Shown one piece after another: positions 51,870 through 63,563 of a stretch of 64,000 nt of DNA (positions are counted from its first letter, which is position 1; every line of letters begins with the position of its first letter). The notes under the pieces are model-generated. The model saw only the letters and a program-made list of their open reading frames with translations, was not told the origin of the DNA and did not search any database. Origin of the DNA: Marsupella aquatica (Eukaryota > Plantae > Marchantiophyta); the NCBI GenBank assembly GCA_973895155.1, contig OZ316894.1, positions 2,496,457 to 2,560,456 of the forward strand, read 5' to 3'. The position numbers and the translations under genes were made by a program.

Positions 51870-53809
51870 TCAGCCCGCAGAGGGATGACCTGTTCTTTGA
51901 AACTGGCGACCTTGAGCACCATAGTATTGTGCTGTAGTTTCTCGAGAAAACTCAGCAAAGGTGAAACCTTCCCTCCAACGTGAATCTAAGCTTGGTATCA
52001 CGCTTGAGACTTTGATATGCTGCTCACTTAAGTTGTTTGCTCTTGCTGACCCTTCCTGGAAAAACAATTTTTCCTTCGGTGACTCTAGGGCTAGTGTGCC
52101 TAGCTTTACACTAGAGATGCCCTGAATTTGACCGTTTGGCATATCTGCCATTGTTACTTCAGTGTACGCCTTGCCCTCCTTTGGTTGTGTCAGACCTGTA
52201 TATTTATCCAAAAGTTCGAGATTTCTTACCTCTGCAACTACAGCTCCATCACAATCCCCTCCCTCTGTGGTACAAAGGGGTCTAGGGTACACCAACTCTT
52301 CCTTACTCTCCCCTAAAACCTCTTCCTTCCACTCCTTGGGCTCCACAGACGTTAAACAGCTGTCTTGAAACCCTTGCAGGTTAAACACCTCTGCTCTAGT
52401 CACTCCCATCGGAGGATTTAGGACTCTATCCCAAGCTGGTTGCAAGAATGTCACAAACGTTTCTCTGCTCATATCAATGTGACCGATCGGAGGCTTACAC
52501 ACGCAATGAGCTACAGCAGCCAGCTTGCCTCCTGAAGCGATCTGAGCAGCCTCGCCCACTTGAACTATTAGATAATCCGGGGAAACGCTGACCGACTTGA
52601 ACACCCCCCTAGCGAGAATGCCGAGCCCAATGTGGCCAGCAGGGCAGCTCTCACATTCAGGTGACCCATGGGTTGATCCTAAAGATGGTGAAGATAGGAA
52701 CATTGGAGCTGTGAGGACGGTCAGGATCCCGTAGTCGTAGTGCCATTCCTGCCATAGATCTTCTGAAATGGTATTAACACTCTCAGCAGCAGTGCACGAA
52801 ATCCCTGCTTGGATTGTCTGCGAGCATGGCTCTGCTGTGGATTCAAAATCTCTGCATTTATCAGTTTTTGAGAGCTTCCGTGAAGTCCGCTTGTTTGTGA
52901 ATCCATTCCCCATCTTTCCAGAGTGGGACATGAGGTCCTTCTCGGTGGAGGCGTGATAGTGGATCAGGCGAGCCTTCACAGATCCTGACTCCCAGATGGC
53001 ATCCTCCAGGTGGGCACCCGAGATGGCAGAGTCACAGAGTCGAGCAATCAACAACCCCACTTCCACCATACACGCTCCCAGCAGTCGGAAAATGCTTCCT
53101 AGCTGCTCAAAATCACTGTGCCCACTCACCAAATTCTGACTTTCCCTAGACAGATCTTTGCTGTTGGAGATATCGCACAAGCAACCTGGTGAAGATTTAC
53201 TGAAAGGGACCGAAAGGCAGGACCCATCAGTGGCGTGCGAATGGCGAGTACACTGGAGCTTTGTTGCAAATGCCGACACGGGTCGGTCTGGTCTCTTGAG
53301 AGTCACGTCGGTACTCAGACCATAATTCTGCGATCAAGACAATAATATGTGTAAGGAGATGGACACAAAGGCTCCTCGAACGTTCAAACCCTTGAAATTT
53401 GGCGTTAAGTGAACTCAATAAATGAGCCATTGTGCAGTTCTTGGCAACAGACAACGTAGCTCACGGAATGAAAAAGAAACTCGACAGACCGGCAATTCAA
53501 AAAATTAAGATCCAGATTTGCCAGTCCTTAATCAGCTGAAGTCAAGGACTGCATCTAAAAACAAGATTGGCAGCAAGACCTTTGAAAGGTCAAGAAACAA
53601 GTGAGATTAACGATTGGTCACTATTTCGTATACAATTCGACAGCGAGGTTTCTCCATATTCACTATAGATTTCAAGTACAATGCAGGCTAGCAACCAATT
53701 TTCTTATGCGAAATGCAGGATTGATTTCAATTCTCAAACTTAATACTTTCAGTGAGCTGACCTGCGCTAGCTCTACCAGCCTGGATATGTATTGGCTAAG
53801 AAGGCCTAG

Positions 53810-53846
<37 letters not shown>

Positions 53847-54740
53847 GACACTGAGTAAATCGAGAGGATCGTAAGGCTAGGCCCCAATTTTGCAGGATCT
53901 CTTTCCAATGCCGAATTGACCAAACCACACCCAAGCTTTATTGTACTTCTTGACCCTTGTGGGTGAGTTCATGAACTACACAAAATCACTTGGTGAATCT
54001 CCGCACAGAGGGTCCTATCTGTTGAGCCAGGGGGTGACCGTAAAGGGGAAGTCCTAAACCCTAATTGATTAAACCCCCTTCCCAATGCCAAGCGGACTAA
54101 ACCATACTCCAGCTTGTTCTAATATCTATCCCTTGTTGGTGTGAAGTTACGGACTCTAAAATCAATTCATGAATCTCCACACGGAGGGTCCTATCTATTC
54201 AGCCAGGGAGGGACCAAATGGTTAATCGCTAACTCCAAAACAGCAAGCTCTCTTACCAATGCAGAGTGGACCAAACCATACCCCAGCTAGAAAGTCTGCG
54301 ATTCCAATCCACAGCCATGCCATGCCCTCCGCTCATGGAGGTACCTTGAGAACAGGACGACGAGCGGCGTCACCCATGATAGCCAACTTCTTGGCCAACG
54401 GAAGTAGCCGCTTGCGCAATGCAGACACCTCTGGCACCCCTCTGACTGCCAAGAGCCCACACCCACACGGCCCCAAAGCAGTCATCACCTCTGCCACCAG
54501 CAAATCCCTCTTCCTCTGCTTCACCTTTGCCACCTCCGATTTCAGCGAATCGTTCCCAATGCCATCGCCAAGCTCCGAGAACGGCCTCCCCAGAACTCCA
54601 TTTCTCGATCCAGAGTATCTAACTCCGGAATTACTTGCAGGGACGGCATCATGTTGTGAGAAGAGGGATGAAGAGGAGTGCAGCAGCAACGTGTGGTAGT
54701 CGATGACTGCCAAATGCACAACGGGGCTAGAAGACTCCAT
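51870..54740 (-). CDS. 2-oxoglutarate/Fe(II)-dependent oxygenase-like protein, 2 exons, ~617 aa
   Basis: Exon 1 54740-54345 (ALGPCGCGLLAVRGVP...LLPLAKKLA), donor AAG|gtac; exon 2 53327-51870 after cgcag. Motifs KARLIHYH, WQEWHYDYGILTVL (HxD), IVQVGEAAQIASGG, HCV (distal His), SRETF, FLQPAW and TFAEFSRETTAQYYG. Resembles the At3g63290-type plant subfamily (from recall). Confidence 0.85.
53811..53846. repeat. (CTAT)n microsatellite in intron
   Basis: Seen directly. Confidence 0.95.
53900..54290. repeat. Diverged intronic tandem repeat, ~180 bp period
   Basis: tgaatctcc.cac.gagggtcctatct...agccaggg occurs twice; aatgc...ga.c.aaacca.ac.c.agct occurs three times. Confidence 0.75.
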
Positions 54741-56574
54741 CGCATCGTCCTATAGATCCAACAGACATGCGATTTTCTTCTGTTAGACCCAACGTTCGAC
54801 CTTCAACAAATTTCCAACCCATATTCCATGAGGTTCCTCTCGAAGCTGTTCTATCTCAATGTCCAATGGAGTAACAGTCGGGCATTGCGAGTCAGCCTAA
54901 ACCGCAGTGAAACGCGAGTTCATACTGCCAGTTTTCCTACACCTAAATTGCAAACTTCCTGGTGTTTCTTTTTCTCTTGGAGGCATGTCTTCGTGGGGTT
55001 TGCAAAATGCCAGAAAACAACTACGTGGGGTTTGCAAAATGCCAGAAAATGCCAAACCAGTTATGTCTTTGGCTCTTCAGGTGATTTTAGGGTCTCCCAA
55101 GAGGTTTCGCTTTGTGACCCTCTTATGCGATTTACTCGAGAGCTTTACTAGACTTTCACCAGACCTTTCAGTTCTCCGCTCAGTAGGGTGTTAACCTGTT
55201 ATATTTTGGTCCTTGTTCCTATGTTGGCTTTTGGTTGGGGACCCCTTGGCATGTCTTTTTTTTTATAAATTTTTGTAAACAAAGGGCTGAGCCTCGAAAC
55301 TTTATTCCACAAGGAAGCCCAAGGGCACAACAACAAGATAAGCTAGGGAAAACCAAAGAAAACTGCCTGAAGGAAGGAGGCAGAGGGGAAAAAAAGGAGC
55401 AATTAAGGGGGGCCAGGAGAAGGAGCACCCCATAGAGATATAGATGAGAACCACCAACCCAAACTGCCTAAAAGGAGGGGCAGAAACAGAGGGAAGGAGG
55501 CACCCCAGAATGAGGAGGACCAACCAGAAAACAAGGAACCCCATAATGAGGAGGACCAATGTTTTTCATGGGGCCCTTTCCCCTCTTTTTTTCCTCTTCA
55601 TTGGGTTGCTTTCCCTTTGGGATCAAGTCTCTGGGTTCTGCGTTCAATCCCTCACGGCATACAAGGCTGCCCTGCCGGTAATCACACATCGAAATGTGAT
55701 CACTCTTTCCCTCTTGGTGTGGGTACGGCCCCCTTGTGGGCTACCCTACCCTCTAAAGTAAGTTGTCATTTTGGAAATGTGCTATGCACTAGTAAAGTTT
55801 TGACTACTTGACAATTTAAGTGGCAGGCTCGAATGTTTGAATCCAAGATATAGTGATGGAGTTATGCAAATGTTTTCAATCACACATTCCGTCTCATTGA
55901 TCCATTTTGCTTGCTTTCAATTGGGTTGAGATTGGTGCTTCAAGACAAAGAAACTCCATTCTTTTCTGGCAACATTGATGGTGAGCCATTACACTGAATT
56001 GAGATCATTTTCAGAAACATGACTTGGATCTTGACTACTTTCTCCACAAGGTAGTCTACAATCCACGACCAGGTTTCTCCTTCTTTTTAGTGTACAAGCA
56101 GTGACCCCTTTACTCTGTCCATGGGGATGGGCAAGGACAATGTCTCGTTCCATCCTGGTTGCAGACGGGGTTGCAGATTCGTGATCCTGCCTCTGTTCTT
56201 TATTGTCGATGTGATATATGTACTCTTATTATATAAATTATATATATTATTATATATTATTATATTATATAAAATGAGAGTGCCAAAGAACAGAAGCGAA
56301 GAACAAAAGCGCCAAAACCAAATCCCAAAGGCAAAAGGTTCCATTATTCCTACGTTTATCATACTCATATTCAATCTCTGCGCTGCAGTAGTTATGGCGT
56401 AACGCCGCAGATATTCTCTCATGAAATTCTTGAGTGACATGCTGTACAGAATATAATGAAGAGAGTTTCAGAGTTTCCCCAGGTTTAACCTCACGGACAC
56501 GTTTAGGGCTTGCCGGGCACATAAGATTGTCAAATGATGGTCTTAACACGACCAGTTTGACGTATATTCTCCAA

Positions 56575-56797
56575 TATTCCCCCGAACTCCCCCCATCCCC
56601 CGGACTCCCGACCCGCCTGGACCCCGCCCGAGCCCACCCAAACCCAGCCCGCACCCAGCCTCCCAAACCCGACCTCCCGAACCCCCTAAACACCCGGCCC
56701 GGGCCAGCCCGGGTTGACCCTCACACCCAGACTGACCCCTACTCCGGGAGACCTGGCGACCGGGTTTACGGCAAAAATCCCCCAAAGTCAAACCGGT
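56575..56797. mobile_element. ACCCG/CCCG-rich MITE-like element
   Basis: Abrupt GC-rich block of repeated acccg/cccga motifs within AT-richer DNA, of the kind seen in subterminal repeats of plant DNA transposons. Confidence 0.45.
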
Positions 56798-57529
56798 GAG
56801 TTTCTGGTTAATGTATTGGGCAGGTTAATGTATTGGGCAACGCAGCTTTCAATCGTAGGTGCCACTATTATTAACCAAGAATCACGATTCTGACCCAGTA
56901 CTCCCAACCAGTTTCTTGACTTGATGTCAAACTACTAGTCATTAAGTCACGATTCTGACCCATTCACAGTAAGTTTCTTGACTTGATTGTCAAATTTTCA
57001 GGATTCCAATATTCTAGGTTTGGTAGGCTGGATCTGACGTTCCATACTACAGTATTGTAGTTGCTTTCCCTCCCTTAAAAGTGACTCTCACGAGCATTGC
57101 CTTCGTTTTCGAGCGAGTGTTGCTGCCTTACTTCTGTGTGTACTGGAGCTGACTTGCGGCCGACAGCTCGCTTTATGAGCGGTGAGTCAGTGCGTGTCAA
57201 TCTTAAATTTCCACAGTAGATTGCAATCTTTGAAAAGAGACTTTCGTCCTTTGAAGTTGACCACAATATCCATCGTTAAGATTTCTATCAACCGCACAGA
57301 TCAGATTGTGTCCACCATACCATTTACAACTCACGAATGACGCAATGAGCGAATGGAAGGATAACACCAAAACTTCCTAAGATTTGGGTATCTGGCACCT
57401 GCCCGCACACTGCTCTGAGACGATGCAAATCTATCCACCTGGGTGGATAAAGGTTTCAAGAATGTAGCGAGCAGCAGACGGCACTGATCCCTTTCGCATC
57501 ACGTTCACTGTATGCGCAATAGATAATAA

Positions 57530-57860
57530 GGTGGCAGTGAAATGCTGCTTGCTGCACAGTCACGAGTGCACCGCTGACAGAAGAATTCACGTACCGCGGG
57601 ACGTAATCCCAAGTCTACGTCCGCTACTAACAGTTTCAGTGATACAAAGTCGGCGGGGTGGAGGAATCATTTGCAATAATCGATAATAATCCCAGAAACA
57701 TACCCGCATTCAGCGCCTGTACAGAACTGTAAACGGAATGAGTGGCAGTCAAATGCTGGCCACTGCACAGTAAGTAAGTGCACGCTGACAAAGAGATCAC
57801 GTTACCATTAGTACGTGAAGTGCAGTTTCACTGATACAGAAGCCGCTCCGTGAAGGAATC
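57530..57860. repeat. Diverged tandem duplication (~210 bp period)
   Basis: gtggcagt.aaatgctg...ctgcacagt...gtgcac.gctgaca...cagtttca.tgataca...ggaatc occurs twice. Confidence 0.7.
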
Positions 57861-58497
57861 GAACGAACATGAAGAACAGTCACGTTAATTTCTTCAGTGT
57901 AAGACGACTCCTATTACCTTAGTGATTCAACTTTCTTAGGAAAAGAAACCCAAGTAGGGGATAAGAGTACATCGAGTTGAGATGATTAAAAGCATTCTGA
58001 TTCAGAAAAAACACATTGGCCACGACTAGGACTTTCAGCTCATGTATGTCAACAGACCGCACTTTTATTCATGTATATGATCGAGAACATCGTACAGAGC
58101 TACTTGTGAACCCGTACCGAAGATTCCAAAGTTGTTCATGATCCTGCAACGATCGACTTCGCTGCAGGAACATTGACTTGGGGCCTGAGATTTCCTTCGT
58201 AGGGAATCACAGAAGCTGATGAGTTGCGAGTCTGATTGATGACTGAGAACTAATAAAAAATACTACTTCAGCTCACAGGAAAGTCAACACAGACTTGAAC
58301 TGTGCTCCAGCCAAGAATATGATTTGGCATCCTAATGGCATGAACTGGTAACAACAGGCTCGAGTCCAAGCAAGTCACTCCATACTGACAACCTTAAGCT
58401 ATGTATGATCTACAAAGGAAAAATTCTGAACTACATGCTTCGCAGATCATAGTACCCGAAGTGAAAAATGCCAGTAGCTCCTAGCTCAAATGCTCCA

Positions 58498-59106
58498 TCA
58501 AGGCTTCGCCTCCTTGATCTGGTCGATACAGAAAGTGGTGGCTTTTGATGCCGTGACTAGGACTGGATCAGGGACGGTTGGGGTGGAAGAAAATAAGTTT
58601 GTGAAAACCAACACCAAACTCGGGCTCTCGCTATTGAAGGCAGAGTATCCAGTTGCAGGGGAGCTTTTCGCCACCTGGTAATGGATCAGACCAATCGGAA
58701 AGATGAACTGGTCTCCAGGACCGAGGTCAGCGGTGAAGAGATGGTTGGTCGAGTTGATGAACCCCACGGTCCAGAGCCCCGACACGACGAAGAATATTTC
58801 GCTGGCGCGAGGGTGATAGTGAGGAGGCACCTCTCCTCCTAGCTGGGCGACGAAGAAGAGCGAGGCCAAGCCGAGGCCAGTCGCTCCACTGTTCGGGCCA
58901 GGGTATCCCGGCACCAAGTGGATTGGAGACAATAGAGTAGCAAATGGGAGCTTGCTGAACTCGAACGAAGTGTCGGTGAAGTTCTGGCCACTCGTTGCAT
59001 TCACTATCCCGTAGTCCTTCAAGATTGTGGGGTCATATGCAACCACGGCCTGGGCACCTAAGAAGGCGAGCCCAAGGAGGACGACCAATTGTCTTGAGAG
59101 AGCCAT
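58498..59106 (-). CDS. Germin-like protein (cupin), secreted, intronless, 202 aa
   Basis: Signal peptide; germin motif 1 GGEVPPHYHPRASEIFFVVSG and motif 2 GDQFIFPIGLIHYQ (His, His, Glu, His metal ligands intact); AFNSESP. Confidence 0.92.
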   Translation of the reverse strand: MALSRQLVVLLGLAFLGAQAVVAYDPTILKDYGIVNATSGQNFTDTSFEFSKLPFATLLSPIHLVPGYPGPNSGATGLGLASLFFVAQLGGEVPPHYHPRASEIFFVVSGLWTVGFINSTNHLFTADLGPGDQFIFPIGLIHYQVAKSSPATGYSAFNSESPSLVLVFTNLFSSTPTVPDPVLVTASKATTFCIDQIKEAKP

Positions 59107-59244
59107 GAAGGGTATTGTCCCGAGCTGAAGTAGGAAACTTGAAGAAAACTCGCCTGCGAGAAATTCACAGAGTAGCAGTCGGCTGCGTACTGAGTGAGTA
59201 ACGACTGCAACTGATCGAATGGGGATCTTGAGTTCATCAACGAC

Positions 59245-59251
59245 TTATATA
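59245..59251 (-). promoter_or_regulatory. TATA box of the germin-like gene
   Basis: TATATAA on the minus strand ~140 bp upstream of the ATG. Confidence 0.55.
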
Positions 59252-62200
59252 GTTGACGCGATGGGACTCGACGCCTCGAATGAAACTAAGGGAAGAGTTC
59301 ATTAGCTCAGCTGCATGAGGTGAATGTCTGTTAGTGCCATGACTCTGATTATGTCGCCTAGAACAGTCTGCAGGCAGCTGTCCACCTATTCAGCCAAAGA
59401 TGAAGTTATGGATGGATCCTTTCCCTTCTACAGTAGTGTTCCGCTACTCTAGACCGTTAGTGTTCCTGCCTTAGTGCCTTGACAGGTCTGGACTCTGGAC
59501 GTCTGGGTGATCTTCGGCTAGGGAGTTCAGTAGAATCCCTGCAACTGGATAATTTCCTATTGACCAATACCTATAGGTACTGAACTGATAGTATCCAGTT
59601 TAGGGTTCTGCTGTACCTATAGTATTCCAGGATAATTAAATGAATTATATATCCTACAAGACCAAAAAAAAAGGCATGTTCCAAGATGAACATTTGAGGG
59701 GGAGGGGATCACTTCTGCACAAATTACACATCAAGTGAGACAAAGTTTAGGGTTGTACTAATCAGTTTGAGACAGACTTGTACTGTAGTAAATTCTTGAT
59801 GAAAATATACGGTTTTTGAATTGGAAATGTCACGTCATCATATGATTGGTGCTGTACGTATGACTTTATTTATACTGATTAAGCAGGATTTGTGGATTGG
59901 AACACTCCATTGCTTGAATGAAGCATTAATCTCTGAAATCTAGCTCCCGATTGTTTCAATTGATTGTTCTTGGAGGCCACTTAACTCTCGAAAAGTGTCA
60001 TGCGCAAACTGAATTACTATTACTTGTACTCTCCAAATAATGTTATGCAAAAATGTAATTAGGATTACACTATTCCCGACACTATTGTTATGTATTGGGC
60101 GCACAATCAGTGTCAGTCCATATTTAACATTGTGTTAATGGAAGAGTAACCCCAAGAAAATTACGTCACAAAAATTGTGTTACCAAGACTAATTGGGGGG
60201 TGAAAATATAGATGCTAGCTCATCTAACAAGCTCACTGTATAGTTATGGTCCTGAACGGCAGGCACTTGGGTTCACCTCACCTTGTTCAAGAGTAGCTTA
60301 GGCTCATCTCCCTAATCTCCGTATCTCAATAATAAGTTGGGTTCATCTCGAGTCACCACTCCATAGATATTCTTCAGCTTGAAAAAGCGAGTTCTACAGC
60401 TGCTGGCTTTGCTTGGCTCATCTCAGGTCGCAATGGAAGTAGTCATCAGCTTGAAAAGTGATCGAGTTCTACAGTAAAGCTCTCATTGCATGGCTCATGT
60501 CAACTCAGCTCAGCTCACAAAATTAATGGAGCTTCCTTCCACTTCAGCTCTGAGGGCTGAGGCTGATCCGAACGAACGTGGACAGTGGACTCGAACGAGA
60601 ACTGCATTGCGCAATGATGACGATCCTAACAGAACCCGGAGCTCGGCAGCATGGAACGAGGCGGAGCAGTCGGCGAAGAGGGTGGCTGGGGCAGACGATG
60701 AGACGAGGCTCGTAGGAAAAAGCAGGTCTTACTGGTCTTAAATTCTTACGTCGCCGTGTTTACGCGCAGTTTATGAATGCATTCATGTCCGGGATGTGGC
60801 AGAGAGATTTCCAAGATGCGATGCAGAAATCAACGAACATCATTGGCAATCTAAGTCTTATCCAGAAAATCTAGCACAGTCGTTTGACACAATTGCCCAG
60901 TCGATCGCTCTTGTTCTAGCCTTTTGTCAATCAATGATGGAAGCCTTCACTCAGTTCGCTGACTTCTCGCTACAAGTAGGTATCAGGTTTGGTTACCCAG
61001 TTAGAATGACTAAACCTTCTAGGATTTGAGATGCTCTAAATCTCTAACGTAAGTATCAGATGCAGGCATGGATTTCTCCATCAGAGAAGATCCAATTTCT
61101 TCTTGCCAATCCAGTCACTACAATAGTCGTTAACTCATTATCAAGAACCTGCTGTAGAGTAGGTCGACATTGGAAAGTCCATCATGACACCCCACATGTG
61201 ATTATTGTACACACAAGAGTTACTGTGAGGTGTTAATTAGGAATAAAGAAAACAATTTGGGCAAAACCTCAAAAGCATTAAGTTTTCAGATCTGAGAAAT
61301 GACATGAAATAGTTATGTTTTGATCTTGAATGGATTCCTTTACTCCAATCACCAACTCATGAAATTGTGTATAGGCAAAAGTATACTATGCACATCAATC
61401 TATCTATCTAATTATGTAGAATATGATTAACATCCAAGAAAATGTTTTTTTTTTTGGGTTTTATGCTGGGTACTGCTCTTAATTCTTAATGCCCTTTGTG
61501 ATATTTCTTTTTGTAATTCTTAGGGCATTTGGGAAAAGAATGTGCAGTAGAGATTAGGATAGCTCATTATGAAGATTGTACTCTAAAATTAATAAAAATA
61601 GAAGACTCTTAGGCCTTTAAGTGTATTAACATCTTGTTAACAAAACATTATGGGCATATATCCTCACTTTCTCACTTTCAGTCACTCCTTTCGTTATAGT
61701 TGTGCCCTTTCACAGGCTTCACTCTAACAATCCATCCATAGCGTAAATTTTGCTTGCGCTATAATGCACTTAAGATATAATGAAGTCGATTTACAACCTT
61801 CACAAAATCATTTTATTGCATGGCTCAACTCGTGCCCACAAGCATTCGAGGCAAGTAACTTACAGGTCAGCATTCATCACGTCCACCTTGATCCAACGGC
61901 CAGAGCCGACGATAGTGTCGGACGACGATCTTGGCCGAAACGTTTCCCGCCAACTGACCACAGCAGTTCTCGTCCACTCTTACTAAGCCGCGTGTACACA
62001 CGTGGCTGGTTCGTACATCCCGCAGAAGCATGACTGATGACTCCCTGTCTCCCCATATAATAATAAATAATAATAAATTGTCCTAAAGTCATTCCATGAG
62101 ACTATGAGAGACATGCGTATTCCCGATATAGAAGAAGTCATTATTCGAAAGTCATTTGGAGGTAGCGATCTGGTTGTCCACTCCAGATTGGTTAAATCGC

Positions 62201-62850
62201 GGTTAAAGATCTGACGTGAGGGCGTGAATCCGATATCCCAATTGCTCTAAATTTAACTCACGTCAAAGACCTGACGTGCACCACTCCTGATTGGTTAACC
62301 CGAGGTGAGGGGATACTCCCGATTGGTTCACCCTAACGTGAATCGAACTCCTGATTGCTCTAACTCGAAATCAAACACCTAATGTGAGGGCATGCATCAG
62401 AGTATGTTTTAAGGATTTTTAACTTTTTCACCAGAATGGCGAATGTACAGAATATGAAGGACAAGATGTTCAAAAGATTCTTTATTCAATTATTTTCTTG
62501 ACAGTCAGATCCCCTAAGATTTAAGGCTGGCTGTTAGATTCTGGCTAATGGGGCCTGCAATTAGGTGGAACAGTGGCTAATGAGACAGAAAACTAGTAGC
62601 TAAGTTTTGCCAAAAGTGGCGAAAGATTATTATTTTTATTTTTTAAAAAACTTGAACGGAATACTTTACTTATATGTCAAGTAAAACCCAATAAAACTGG
62701 GAGTAAAACAGGTCTGTCAGACCCAAAACCAGGTCAAAGACCAAACGCCACACAAAGACCAAACACATTCAGTCCAGTGACACAGGCTAAAAAGGTAAAA
62801 AAAAAAGAGGCAAAAGCAGCTAAACCTGCCATACCAAAAAAAACAATAAT

Positions 62851-63563
62851 TGTCGTGACATATAGTATCGTAGCCATAGTGTATCGAAAACATACAAGTC
62901 ACTGGCAAGGCATATGTGCAAGCTGCTAGCAACCAACATGCATAGAAAAAGTCCAATCACATTCACAAGTGCCAAGAAAAAGCAAATGAAGTGGTATGTA
63001 CATAGTGGAGGTGTAAACCTCTGTATGATAAAAGACGTGATAGAAACAAGTGTACTGAAATTGAATCAAAAACCGGCGGGATGCCAAGATCGGCTGGGAG
63101 CATCTAACGAATCACTGTGTGAATCCCGTGTACGGAACCGACGAGCACTGTCTGAGCTCTGTCGACAGCGATTCAAGAAGAACTAAAAACCCACAAAGAA
63201 AGACATGCCCTAAGCAAGCAAAGTCCTGGCGTCACACTAACAAACACATTTGCTTCAAGAACGGCCCAGACTTGCTACAAGAACATGTCGCTAACTCAGG
63301 TAGTACACTAGCCCTAACTACATACCTAGCGGGCAGGCGAGGGACATGCCGATGTGCATAAGAGGCACTATCCCTCGACATGACATCTGTTGTGACATAT
63401 AGTATCGTAGCCATAGTGTATCGAAAACATACAAGTCACCGGCAAGGCATATGTGCAAGCTGCTAGCAACCAACATGCATAGAAAAAGTCCAATCACATT
63501 CACAAGTGCCAAGAAAAAGCAAATGAAGTGGTATGTACATAGTGGAGGTGTAAACCTCTGTAT
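62851..63563 (-). repeat. 3' terminal repeat region of the retroelement, A(176)-B(361)-A(176)
   Basis: 63388-63563 and 62851-63026 differ at only 2 positions. Preceded on the minus strand by a G7 polypurine-tract-like run (63564-63570); ends ...ACA. Confidence 0.85.

Noticed and set aside
61983-62010. Helitron 3' end (hairpin gccgcgtgtacacacgtggc)
   Set aside because: No correctly spaced CTRR terminus and no matching 5' TC end identified.
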